Origin: Candidatus Omnitrophota bacterium
GTDB lineage: Bacteria > Omnitrophota > Gorgyraeia > Duberdicusellales > 4484-171
Direction of reading: 5' to 3'
Assembly (NCBI GenBank): GCA_016935525.1
Contig: JAFGQU010000017.1
Coordinates: 73,559 to 137,558 of the forward strand
DNA length: 64,000 bases
Every line of letters begins with the position of its first letter. The first letter of the stretch is position 1. The notes beneath the pieces are model-generated. The model searched no databases. It saw nothing but the letters and a program-made list of their open reading frames with translations, and was not told the DNA's origin. Of the stretch, positions 35,466 through 44,866 are shown in pieces. Both the position numbers and the translations under genes were made by a program.

Positions 35466-36822
35466 CTTTAGGGTACGATACCCTGGTGTGGAATATAGCG
35501 TTTAATACCCGGACAAAACTCTGGGTTATTCTCTCTAAATCACGAAGGGTCAGGTTACTCTCATCCAGTTCTCCTTCCATGAATTTCCTTCTTACCACAT
35601 CGGCAACCATTTCTTTTATCCGGGCCGGAGTCGGCTCTTCCAGTGTCCGGGAAACCGCTTCGATCGTATCGGCCAGGCCCACGATCGCTACTTCTTTTGA
35701 TTGGGCTTTCGGACCGGGATAACGATATTCTTCCTTATATTCTTTTTCCCGTTCGGGATCGAGTTCTTTTGCCCGTTGATAGAAAAAATACACCAGGCTG
35801 CGGCCATGATGCTGTTCGATAAAATCGATGATCCGCGGGTTCAGCCGGTGCTTCTGCCCAAGCTCTGCTCCTTCTTTGACGTGATTCATAATAATGATCT
35901 TACTGATCGAAGGTTTAAGGTCTTTATGGGCATCACGATACGGGATAAGGTTTTCGACAAAATAGTTGGCTTTGGGTATCTTTCCGATATCATGATAATA
36001 TGACCCGACCCTCGCCAGGAGCGAATTGGCTCCGATCGCTTCGGTAGCGGCTTCAGCAAGATTCGCGACTACCAGCGAATGCTGGTAGGTACCAGGCGCC
36101 TCCAGAATCATCTTGCGCAGGAGCGGATTATTGAAATCCGACATCTCTAATAACGAGATGTTCGTCACCACTTTGAAAATATATTCAAAAATAGGCAATA
36201 TGCCGATCACGATGATCGAAGAGATCAAGCCATTCAGCACATTCAACTGCAGCAGGCTCAGGTTGATCGGAGTAAGTATGAAAAAGTCTTTGGATTGTTC
36301 GACCACCAATGCTACAAAAAACTGGATGAGTCCGCTCAAAATACCGGCACGGATGATCTGTGACCGCCGGCGAATACGATAGCTGAACATCGCCGCACAC
36401 CCGGAAGCCGAAAACAAAGAAAGCACAAGATTAAAGTTGCCGCCTTCGACACTGCCGGCCAGAAAAGAGATAAATACCGCAAAAATAAGCGATAATTCAA
36501 GGTTATCAAACAGAAGCGTTACCAGCATGATGAACCCGATTGCCGAGACCGCATACCCCGACATCTTAAAGGTGATCATCGTAAGTAAAGTGATGATCAC
36601 CGCGATACTGGTCAATAGCAACAGGTCGACATAGGAAGGCAACCCTTCTATTTTACGTACACTTCGGGCATACATAAAAAGGATGAGCGCCAGCAGAATC
36701 GGAGAGAAATCGATGGAATAAATAAAAAATAACGCGCCGATCACCAGGAAAAACCCCGTACCCAATAGAATCGGACCGATATGAAAATTATTCCTCTTGA
36801 GTGTGATCTTCATACGCTTCAA
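35422..36822 (-). CDS. pgpH: 7TM-receptor HD-domain phosphohydrolase (PgpH-like cyclic-di-AMP phosphodiesterase family)
   Basis: Seven N-terminal transmembrane helices and a C-terminal HD domain (HSLVVANLAEAA...YYHDIGK). Confidence 0.8.
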   Translation of the reverse strand: MKRMKITLKRNNFHIGPILLGTGFFLVIGALFFIYSIDFSPILLALILFMYARSVRKIEGLPSYVDLLLLTSIAVIITLLTMITFKMSGYAVSAIGFIMLVTLLFDNLELSLIFAVFISFLAGSVEGGNFNLVLSLFSASGCAAMFSYRIRRRSQIIRAGILSGLIQFFVALVVEQSKDFFILTPINLSLLQLNVLNGLISSIIVIGILPIFEYIFKVVTNISLLEMSDFNNPLLRKMILEAPGTYQHSLVVANLAEAATEAIGANSLLARVGSYYHDIGKIPKANYFVENLIPYRDAHKDLKPSISKIIIMNHVKEGAELGQKHRLNPRIIDFIEQHHGRSLVYFFYQRAKELDPEREKEYKEEYRYPGPKAQSKEVAIVGLADTIEAVSRTLEEPTPARIKEMVADVVRRKFMEGELDESNLTLRDLERITQSFVRVLNAIFHTRVSYPKDESANKKSPKNKED

Positions 36823-37729
36823 TAATCTTCTGAGTTAAAAGATGCCGGACGACATCTTTACGGGACAGATACGTAAAGTTAATACCGGGAATTTTTTCTA
36901 ATATCCGGACCGCTTCCAACAACCCGGCCGGACGGCCGCCGGGAAGATCGCTTTGCGTAATATCCCCGGCCACGATCGTCTTGGAATCAAAACCAAGACG
37001 GGTAAGAAACATTTTTAACTGTTCCGAAGTGCAATTCTGGGCTTCATCCAGCACTATGAATGCATTATTCAGTGTCCGGCCCCGCATATAGGCAAGAGGA
37101 GCTACTTCAATGATCCCCGCCTGAGAATACTCCTCGATGATGTCCGGATCGATCATATCGTAAAGCGCGTCATAGAGCGGACGCAGATAAGGGCTTAATT
37201 TTTGATACATGTCTCCCGGCAAAAACCCTAACGATTCTCCGGCTTCAATCGCCGGGCGGACCAGGATTATCCGGCTTACCTCTTTTTTCATCAAATAGTG
37301 TACCGCCATCGCCATAGCTAAATAGGTCTTACCGGTCCCGGCCGGGCCGATGGCGAACGTCACATCGTGTTCGGATATCGCTTTAATGTACTCTTTTTGA
37401 CCGGACGTCCGGGGAAAGATATACTTTTTCTTTATGGAAGGGACTTTTATTTTAAGAGTTTCCTCAATAGATTCCCGAGCTCCTTTGACCGAAAGTACCG
37501 ACAGATCTTGGGGCGGGACCGAGATTCCCTGTTGATAAAGGTTCATCATCCGCTGCAGGAGCACCTCTCCTTTTATTACCTGTTCACGTTTCCCTTTAAG
37601 AAGCACGCCGTTATTTTTCAAAAAAATATCGAGGTCGAATTCCTTCTCTATATCTTTAATATTTTTATCCTCTACGCCGAAAAGTTCCTGGAGAAATTCG
37701 TTATTCCTTATTTCGATAAGTTTTTCCAT
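36788..37729 (-). CDS. phoH: PhoH-like ATPase
   Basis: Walker A (GPAGTGKTYLAMAMAV), Walker B (FIVLDEAQN) and an N-terminal KH-like region. Confidence 0.9.
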   Translation of the reverse strand: MEKLIEIRNNEFLQELFGVEDKNIKDIEKEFDLDIFLKNNGVLLKGKREQVIKGEVLLQRMMNLYQQGISVPPQDLSVLSVKGARESIEETLKIKVPSIKKKYIFPRTSGQKEYIKAISEHDVTFAIGPAGTGKTYLAMAMAVHYLMKKEVSRIILVRPAIEAGESLGFLPGDMYQKLSPYLRPLYDALYDMIDPDIIEEYSQAGIIEVAPLAYMRGRTLNNAFIVLDEAQNCTSEQLKMFLTRLGFDSKTIVAGDITQSDLPGGRPAGLLEAVRILEKIPGINFTYLSRKDVVRHLLTQKIIEAYEDHTQEE

Positions 37730-37768
37730 ACTCCGTATACGTGTTCAAAAACACCCTAGTGGCTTCGG

Positions 37769-38302
37769 TTAGTTAAATAAGGGGACTTTCAATTTTATCC
37801 CCGGGCGGATCTTATCCGGACTTTTAAGCGCCGCCTCGTTTTCGTTAAAAAGCATCTTCCATTTGCGGGTCGTACCGTAAAACTTTTTAGAGATCTTCTG
37901 CAGCGTATCCCCCTTCTGAACCGTATACAGGGTAAATTCTTCTTCCGGATACACAAGTTCTTCTTCAGGAGCGACCGGTTCTTTAAACACATCGTTTTCC
38001 GAAAAAGCCGATTCACCGGATTCAGGACTCCGCGAAGAAAAGTTCGTTTCGATCCTTGAGGCACGTCGAGTCTGGGTCTCTTTTATATATTCTGTCTTCT
38101 TTTCTGTCGTCGGACCGAATTCGACCTCAAAAATAGTGTGCGGACGCGTTTGGGTTAGATCTTCCGATGCGCTTGAGGTCCCGGCAAGATATCCCCGGTT
38201 ACCGGTAAGATCCAGGTCCGTACGCGGTTTACGGATAGTATAGGTCCTCACCAGGCAGCCGCTGAGAAGAAAAATTGCGAGCAATAAAACGTTTTTTTTC
38301 AT
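37769..38302 (-). CDS. LysM-domain lipoprotein
   Basis: The lipobox LLSGC follows a signal peptide. A C-terminal LysM domain is present (YTVQKGDTLQKISKKFYG...IRPGIKLKVP). Confidence 0.75.
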   Translation of the reverse strand: MKKNVLLLAIFLLSGCLVRTYTIRKPRTDLDLTGNRGYLAGTSSASEDLTQTRPHTIFEVEFGPTTEKKTEYIKETQTRRASRIETNFSSRSPESGESAFSENDVFKEPVAPEEELVYPEEEFTLYTVQKGDTLQKISKKFYGTTRKWKMLFNENEAALKSPDKIRPGIKLKVPLFN

Positions 38303-38316
38303 AACTAATCCTCCCC

Positions 38317-39702
38317 TTATTTTTCTGGTTTTTCCTTTATGCTAAGATTTAATTCATCTAATTGACGCTGTCCGACTCCCGAGGGAGCTTCCGTCAACGG
38401 ACATATTCCTTTTTGCGTTTTAGGAAACGCGATCACTTCCCGGATACTTTCACAACCGGTAATAATACTATACAAACGATCGAGCCCCACGGCAAGCCCT
38501 CCGTGCGGCGGGGCCCCGTATTCGAATGCCCGCAGGAGATGGGCGAATTTCTGTTGTGCTTCTTCGGCCGTCAACCCTATTGACGAGAAGATCTTCTGCT
38601 GAAGGTCCCGGGAATGAATCCGGATCGAACCGCTGGCGATCTCGACCCCGTTTAATACCAAGTCATACGCGCGGGACCGGATGTTTTTCATGTCTTTCCC
38701 TAACAGAGCGATATCTTCCTCTTTCGGTGCAGTAAACGGATGGTGAGCGGAATTCCAACGGCCTTCTTCTTCATTATACTCAAAAAGAGGGAAATCACAT
38801 ACCCATAAAAACCGGTATTGCCCCTGGCCGATATCCGGCTTATCCGATTGATGGGTTGCCATCGCTTCCTGATAGGAAATACGCGTAAAAGGAATCGTAA
38901 GGTCTATCCCTAACGCTTCTTTAAAAACGAATCGGAACATCTCTTCCACCAGTTTAAACAGGTCTTCTTCACTCACAAACGATGCTTCGATATCGAGTTG
39001 AGTGAATTCCGGTTGACGGTCCCGGCGCAAATCCTCATCCCGGAAACAACGGGCGATCTGATAGTACCGGTCAAACCCGGATACCATCAGGATCTGTTTA
39101 AACAGCTGAGGAGATTGCGGTAACGCATAAAACATTCCCGGATTGATCCGTGAAGGTACCAGAAAATCACGGGCCCCTTCCGGAGTCGATTTCGTCAAAA
39201 ACGGAGTCTCGACTTCTAAAAAGCGTTCTCTATTCAGGAATTCTCTGAACTTATAATTCAGTTTATCCCTGATGATGAATTTTTCTAACATCGTACTGCG
39301 ACGCAGGTCCAGATAACGATGGAGCAATTTTATCTCTTCCGACACCTCAATAGTATCTTCGATCTGAAACGGCAAGTCTTTTGAGGAATTTAAGATTTCC
39401 AGGTTATGAGTAAACAACTCCACCAGTCCCGTGGGTATCTTGGGGTTTTCGGTTTTTGCCGGACGGACATTGACCTCACCGGTGATCCTCACCACATCCT
39501 CACATTTAAGTTGTTTTGCCGTTTCATAGGCGGCCGGATACGGTTTAGGAGTAATCACCACCTGAGTGAACCCGTACCGGTCGCGGATATCGATGAAAAT
39601 CAATTTGCCATGGTCCCGGCGGGCTGCGACCCATCCGCACAAGATCACGGTTTGCCCGATATTGTCTTCAGTTAATTCTCCACAGGTATGAGTACGTAAC
39701 AT
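38317..39702 (-). CDS. aspS: Aspartate--tRNA ligase, compact form lacking the bacterial GAD insertion
   Basis: N-terminal OB anticodon-binding domain. Class-II motifs are present (FYALPQSPQLFKQILMVSGFDRYYQIARCFRDEDLRRDRQPEFTQLD, GGLAVGLDRL). At 461 aa it is much shorter than the ~590 aa of GAD-containing AspRS. Confidence 0.85.
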   Translation of the reverse strand: MLRTHTCGELTEDNIGQTVILCGWVAARRDHGKLIFIDIRDRYGFTQVVITPKPYPAAYETAKQLKCEDVVRITGEVNVRPAKTENPKIPTGLVELFTHNLEILNSSKDLPFQIEDTIEVSEEIKLLHRYLDLRRSTMLEKFIIRDKLNYKFREFLNRERFLEVETPFLTKSTPEGARDFLVPSRINPGMFYALPQSPQLFKQILMVSGFDRYYQIARCFRDEDLRRDRQPEFTQLDIEASFVSEEDLFKLVEEMFRFVFKEALGIDLTIPFTRISYQEAMATHQSDKPDIGQGQYRFLWVCDFPLFEYNEEEGRWNSAHHPFTAPKEEDIALLGKDMKNIRSRAYDLVLNGVEIASGSIRIHSRDLQQKIFSSIGLTAEEAQQKFAHLLRAFEYGAPPHGGLAVGLDRLYSIITGCESIREVIAFPKTQKGICPLTEAPSGVGQRQLDELNLSIKEKPEK

Positions 39703-39720
39703 TTTTTTATTCCTTTTTAC

Positions 39721-39765
39721 TACGCAGATGACCGCAGATTCAAAAATCCGCAGATGATCGCAGAT
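39721..39765. repeat. CGCAGAT direct-repeat cluster (x4) between aspS and hisS
   Basis: aCGCAGATgacCGCAGATtcaaaaatcCGCAGATgatCGCAGATgg. Confidence 0.8.
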
Positions 39766-39780
39766 GGCGTAACTGTTATT

Positions 39781-41025
39781 CTATATTTTATTTTTGAGAG
39801 CCGGTATAATATCTTCGACAGCGATTTTCTGTTGTGTAGATTCTCTCATATTTCTTAAGGTGAGACAACCTTCTTTTCGTTCTTCTTCGCCGAAGATAAC
39901 CGTACAGACTGCTCCCAGACGCTGAGCGACACGCAATTGACTCTTAAGTGATTTCGGTTTATAGCTCATATCCGCAGAGACCCCCTGCCGGCGCAATTCA
40001 TAGACCAACGTTCTTGCCTCAGATGCTAACGTTTCTCCGGTATACGCTACAAACACGTTCACTACCGGCGGACTTTTAAAATCCTCACGTAAAAGTAACA
40101 TGCGTTCGACCCCTAACGCAAACCCGATTGCCGGCACATCCGGACCGCCTAAATTCTTCACCAGATTATTGTAACGGCCTCCGGCGCCGCAGGCATCCTG
40201 CGCTCCGAGAGCTGATGAGATAAATTCGAACACGGTATTGGTATAGTAATCTAACCCGCGGACCAGAAAAGGGTCGTATTCAAAAGGGACCGAAAGCGCC
40301 TTAAGCGTCTCGGTTACCTTATGGAAATGGTCCTGGCACTCATCACAAAGATGGCCTTTACCCAGCGACAGCGAGGCGACTATCTTCTTACAGGAAGGAT
40401 CTTTACAATCAAGTACCCGTAAAGGATTCACACTCACCCTCTTCTGACAAAGCTCACAGAGTTTTGCATGATGGGCCTGAAGATCTTTTTGCAACCGAGC
40501 AGAAAACTTTTCCTTATCCTGAGCACACCCCAGCGTATTCAGTTTCAGGGTAATATTCTTTATCCCGCTTTTTTGTAACACCATATACGCTAACGCGATA
40601 ACCTCCCCGTCCAGCGCCGGATTCTCCACGCCGAACACTTCGGCCCCGATATGATGGAATTGCCGTAACCTTCCCTTTTGCGGCCGTTCGCCCCGGAACA
40701 TCGGACCGATATAAAAAAATTTATGAACATCGCTTTGTTTAGAACAGCTGTTCTCGATGTAGGAACGTACTACCTGCGCAGTCCCTTCCGGACGGAGCAC
40801 GATATCTTTATCCTGAATACGGAATATCTGTTTTTCGACGATATCGCTGGTGGAACCTACCCCTTTTGCAAATACCGCCTCAGTCTCGAGGATCGGCAGA
40901 ATAATCTCCTCGTATCCGTAAAGAATAAAGAGATTTCGGGCTTCCTTAACTATATTTTGAAAAAGGGAGCTTTGTGGCGGGTAAAAATCAACCGTTCCCT
41001 TCACGTGCTCGTAGTGTTTACCCAT
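39781..41025 (-). CDS. hisS: Histidine--tRNA ligase
   Basis: Class-II HisRS motifs (LRPEGTAQVVR, FYIGPMFRGERPQKGRLRQFHHIGAEVFG) and a C-terminal anticodon-binding domain. Confidence 0.9.
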   Translation of the reverse strand: MGKHYEHVKGTVDFYPPQSSLFQNIVKEARNLFILYGYEEIILPILETEAVFAKGVGSTSDIVEKQIFRIQDKDIVLRPEGTAQVVRSYIENSCSKQSDVHKFFYIGPMFRGERPQKGRLRQFHHIGAEVFGVENPALDGEVIALAYMVLQKSGIKNITLKLNTLGCAQDKEKFSARLQKDLQAHHAKLCELCQKRVSVNPLRVLDCKDPSCKKIVASLSLGKGHLCDECQDHFHKVTETLKALSVPFEYDPFLVRGLDYYTNTVFEFISSALGAQDACGAGGRYNNLVKNLGGPDVPAIGFALGVERMLLLREDFKSPPVVNVFVAYTGETLASEARTLVYELRRQGVSADMSYKPKSLKSQLRVAQRLGAVCTVIFGEEERKEGCLTLRNMRESTQQKIAVEDIIPALKNKI

Positions 41026-41041
41026 TCTATAAATCGGGAAC

Positions 41042-41314
41042 TTAGGTGGTAGCTTTCTTAATTTCCAGACCCGGTTTAAACGCTACCGTGTTTCTTTCCG
41101 GAATCGGAACGACCTGGCCGGTTTTAGGGTTCCTTCCTATACGTTTCTTCCGTTTTTTCTGATAAAATATACCAAAATTACGGATTTCGATGCGTTGACC
41201 ATTTTTGAGGGCTGAAGACATGACCTCAAACGTTTTATGGACGATCTCCTTGACCAGGATCTGTTTGACCCCGGTAATTTCGCTGATTTTTAGGATAATA
41301 TCACGTTTGGTCAT
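41042..41314 (-). CDS. hup: HU/IHF-family nucleoid-associated DNA-binding protein
   Basis: A 90-aa protein with the HU fold and signature region (GFGKFEVRERA-like: IRNFGIFYQKKRKKRIGRNPKTGQVVPIP). Confidence 0.85.
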   Translation of the reverse strand: MTKRDIILKISEITGVKQILVKEIVHKTFEVMSSALKNGQRIEIRNFGIFYQKKRKKRIGRNPKTGQVVPIPERNTVAFKPGLEIKKATT

Positions 41315-41342
41315 TACAAGTTATAAATGTATCACTGTCAGT

Positions 41343-44300
41343 TTAAAGTGTCAAGGATAAGTTTTCTTCCCCCACCAGAGCCGTCATTTCCTCTAAGGTC
41401 TGGGTATCTAACCGCAAATGGAAGTTTTTTGACGGTTTTACCCTTACTCCTTTATATTTGGGATCATGGACAATAAAGCTGACCGGGATCTCGCCGTTAT
41501 TACGCATAAAAAAATACTTCAATTTTTCCAGGTCGGGCTTTTTATCGGGAAGGATATGGATGCCTACTTCTTTCACATTATGGAAAATATCATCGAGCGC
41601 GATAAGCCGGGTAGCCAGCAGCTTGGGATTCTTGTCTTTAAACTCGATATTCCCTTCAATAAGGACGATCCGTAACTCTTTAAGCGCTACCGTACATTTC
41701 TCAAACAGGCGGGGGAATACAAATACCTCTATAGCACCGGTTTCATCTTCTATCCTTAATATCGCCATCCGTTCTTGTTTACGGCGAGTAGTAAGTAATT
41801 TCACTTTATCGATCACTCCCATTATATTTACTACCGACCCGGAATCCTCTTCCAGGAGTGACTCAATACTGCGCCCCCCTACCAGATGACTCAATTGACG
41901 ATAAGAATTTAAGGGATGACTGGACACATACATCCCCAGTAACGTCTTTTCAAAATAGAGTATCTGCTCCTGAGGCCACTCTTCAATGTCGGGGATTGAC
42001 ATCTGCGGTTGAGTTTCTCCCGTAAACAGGCTCATCTGACGGGTATCTTTTTTCGTCCCTTTAGCGTTCTTCTCTAACAACTTATCCAAAAGCGCCATCA
42101 TCTGAGCGCGTTTTAACCCTAAACTATCCAACGAACCCGATTTAATAAGACTTTCAATGACTTTTTTATTGACCGTACGGGAATCGACCCGGTCGCAGAA
42201 ATCAAAAAAATCAGCGAACTTGTTCTGTTTACGTATCTCAATAATATTTTCCAATGCCGACTCTCCCACATTTTTAATCGCCACAAGACCAAACCGGATG
42301 TTCCGGCTGTCCGCTACGGTAAAATGGGTGAAACTGGTATTGATATCGGGCGGAAGTACATCGATCCCCATATGGTTCGATTCTTTTACATACTCGACTA
42401 TTTTGTCGGTATTGGTCCGTTCACTGGTCAGAAGCGCCGCCATAAATTCTACCCCGAAATTCGCTTTTAAATAGGCCGTCCGGTAAGAGATAAGCGCATA
42501 GGCAGTCGAATGGCTCTTGTTGAACCCGTACCCGGAAAAATAGTCGATTAATTCGAATATCTTCTGGGCGACTTTTTCGGTGAGGTCCTTTTTTTTACAT
42601 CCCTGGATAAACCGGACCCGCTGGTCATCCATCATCTCCGGGATCTTTTTCCCGATCGCTTTGCGTAACATATCCGCCTGCGCCAGGCTGAATCCGGCCA
42701 GCTGAGAGGCAATCTGCATGGTCTGTTCCTGATAAAGGATAATCCCGTAAGTCTCTTTCAATATCGGTTCCAGAAGCGGATGAAGATAGGTAATCGGTTT
42801 TTTCCCTTGTTTCCTGTCGATAAAATCAAATACTAATCCGCTGCCTAAAGGTCCCGGGCGATAGAGCGCTAATACCGCGATCAAATCGCTGAATTCGGTA
42901 GGTTTGAGTTTACGCAGGATGTCCCGCATCCCCCGGCTTTCCAGCTGAAACACTCCTACCGTCTCGCCCTGGGAAAGAAGAGTATAGGTCTTTTGATCAT
43001 CTAAAGGGATACCGACGATATCGATAGCTACCCCTCGCGTCCGTTTCACTATTTTCAACGTCTCTTCGATCACCGTGAGCGTTTTTAGCCCAAGAAAGTC
43101 CATCTTTAACAAACCGATTTTTTCCAGAGATTCCATATCGAATCCAGTGACGACTTCCGACTCATTCCCCCGGATAAGCGGCGTCCGCTCAATCAACGGT
43201 CTATCGGAAATCACTACCCCGGCAGCATGGGTAGACGCATGACGGGATAATCCTTCTAATTTCATCGCCGTATCGATCACCCGTTTGATCTGGGGATCGG
43301 CATTATAGGCGTCCTTTAATTCCGGACTGAGCGTGAGGGCTTGCGGTAAGGTAACATGATGCCCGACCGTATAGGGGATCATCTTGGCAATACGGTCGAC
43401 TTCGTTATAGCTTAATCCCAACACTCTTCCTACGTCACGGACAACCGCCCGGGCCATCAATGTACCAAACGTAATGATCTGAGCGACACAATCGGCACCA
43501 TAACGCGTCCCGACATATTCGAGGATCTTTTGTCTTTTTTCATAACAGAAATCAATATCGATATCCGGCATAGATATCCGTTCAGGGTTCAGGAACCTTT
43601 CAAATAAAAGCCCGTAACGTAATGGGTCTACATCAGTAATACCGAGAAGATAACTGACAATACTCCCGGCAGCCGACCCTCTTCCCGGACCGACCGGGAT
43701 ATGGGTCTCTTTGGCGAACTTGATCAAATCCCAGATAATCAAAAAATAACTGGCAAATCCCATATGTTTGATCACCCCGAGTTCATAATTGAGCCGGTCG
43801 GTGACCTCGTCCGTCACAGGCTCATACCGGGCAGAAAGATTTTCGCGGCATAATTTCTCTAAAAACTGGTTTTCGTTCTTCTCATTTTCCGGCAAAGGAA
43901 AATGGGGCAGATGGTTTTGAGAAAAATCAAAGGTAAGATTGCATTTCTGAGTGATCTCCAGGGTATTTTTGATCGCTTCCGGATGATCTTTAAAAAGCTC
44001 TTTCATCTCTTGAGGCGTACGGAAATAAAAACTATCGCTGCTCATCCGGAAATGGTTCGGGTCCTGGATCGTCGTCTGGGTCTGAAGACAAAGCAAAGCT
44101 TCGTGAGCGAACGATTCATCACGATGGATATAATGGATATCGTTGGTAGCCACGACCGGAATGCCTAAGTCCGCGGCGATCTTAAATAATTGGGCATTCA
44201 CCCGGTACTGTTCTTTCATCCCGTTATCCATCACTTCCAAATAAAAATTTCCCGGGCCGAACACCTGCTGATACCAATCGGCTTTTTTATAGGCTTTATT

Positions 44301-44765
44301 GATGTCTCCGCTTAAAATACAGGACGCGATCTCTCCTTTGAGACACGCGCTGGTCGCGATCAACCCTTCGTGATATTTTTCCAGAATCTCGTGATCGATC
44401 CGCGGTTTATAATAAAACCCTTCTAAATGGCCCAGGCTGGAAAGGCGCACAAGATTACTGTACCCTTCTTTGTTTTTCACCAAAAGGACAAGATGATATA
44501 TACGGTTCTCGGAATCTTTATATTCTTTTTTAAACCGCGATTCACCGGCCACATACATTTCACACCCGATGATCGGTTTCACTCCGGCTTTAAGGCATTG
44601 CTGATAGAATTTGATCGCGCCGTACAGGTTTCCGTGATCGGTTATCGCCAAAGCCGGCAACTTTAATTCTGCGGCACGCCCGATCAAGCGGTCAAGACGG
44701 CAGGCCCCATCGAGAAGGCTGTATTGGGTGTGGACATGAAGGTGGACAAAATCAGCGTGTGTCAT
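41343..44765 (-). CDS. dnaE: DNA polymerase III subunit alpha
   Basis: N-terminal PHP domain (HLHVHTQYSLLDG), polymerase core, helix-hairpin-helix and C-terminal OB domain. At 1140 aa it is full length. Confidence 0.93.
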   Translation of the reverse strand: MTHADFVHLHVHTQYSLLDGACRLDRLIGRAAELKLPALAITDHGNLYGAIKFYQQCLKAGVKPIIGCEMYVAGESRFKKEYKDSENRIYHLVLLVKNKEGYSNLVRLSSLGHLEGFYYKPRIDHEILEKYHEGLIATSACLKGEIASCILSGDINKAYKKADWYQQVFGPGNFYLEVMDNGMKEQYRVNAQLFKIAADLGIPVVATNDIHYIHRDESFAHEALLCLQTQTTIQDPNHFRMSSDSFYFRTPQEMKELFKDHPEAIKNTLEITQKCNLTFDFSQNHLPHFPLPENEKNENQFLEKLCRENLSARYEPVTDEVTDRLNYELGVIKHMGFASYFLIIWDLIKFAKETHIPVGPGRGSAAGSIVSYLLGITDVDPLRYGLLFERFLNPERISMPDIDIDFCYEKRQKILEYVGTRYGADCVAQIITFGTLMARAVVRDVGRVLGLSYNEVDRIAKMIPYTVGHHVTLPQALTLSPELKDAYNADPQIKRVIDTAMKLEGLSRHASTHAAGVVISDRPLIERTPLIRGNESEVVTGFDMESLEKIGLLKMDFLGLKTLTVIEETLKIVKRTRGVAIDIVGIPLDDQKTYTLLSQGETVGVFQLESRGMRDILRKLKPTEFSDLIAVLALYRPGPLGSGLVFDFIDRKQGKKPITYLHPLLEPILKETYGIILYQEQTMQIASQLAGFSLAQADMLRKAIGKKIPEMMDDQRVRFIQGCKKKDLTEKVAQKIFELIDYFSGYGFNKSHSTAYALISYRTAYLKANFGVEFMAALLTSERTNTDKIVEYVKESNHMGIDVLPPDINTSFTHFTVADSRNIRFGLVAIKNVGESALENIIEIRKQNKFADFFDFCDRVDSRTVNKKVIESLIKSGSLDSLGLKRAQMMALLDKLLEKNAKGTKKDTRQMSLFTGETQPQMSIPDIEEWPQEQILYFEKTLLGMYVSSHPLNSYRQLSHLVGGRSIESLLEEDSGSVVNIMGVIDKVKLLTTRRKQERMAILRIEDETGAIEVFVFPRLFEKCTVALKELRIVLIEGNIEFKDKNPKLLATRLIALDDIFHNVKEVGIHILPDKKPDLEKLKYFFMRNNGEIPVSFIVHDPKYKGVRVKPSKNFHLRLDTQTLEEMTALVGEENLSLTL

Positions 44766-44769
44766 TTAC

Positions 44770-44862
44770 TAGCGTTTAGCGGTGAGCGTATAGCGTCTAG
44801 ACGAAAAAAGAAAAAGATATTTGTATTTCTCTAATCGCTAATCCCTATCCGCTGACCGCTAC
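44770..44862. repeat. TAGCG / CCGCTGACCGCT oligonucleotide-repeat cluster between dnaE and guaA
   Basis: cTAGCGttTAGCGgtgAGCGtaTAGCGtcTAGacg ... ctaatcgctaatccctatCCGCTGACCGCTac. The CCGCTGACCGCT word also occurs at 5896-5913. Confidence 0.7.
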
Positions 44863-44866
44863 TTTA

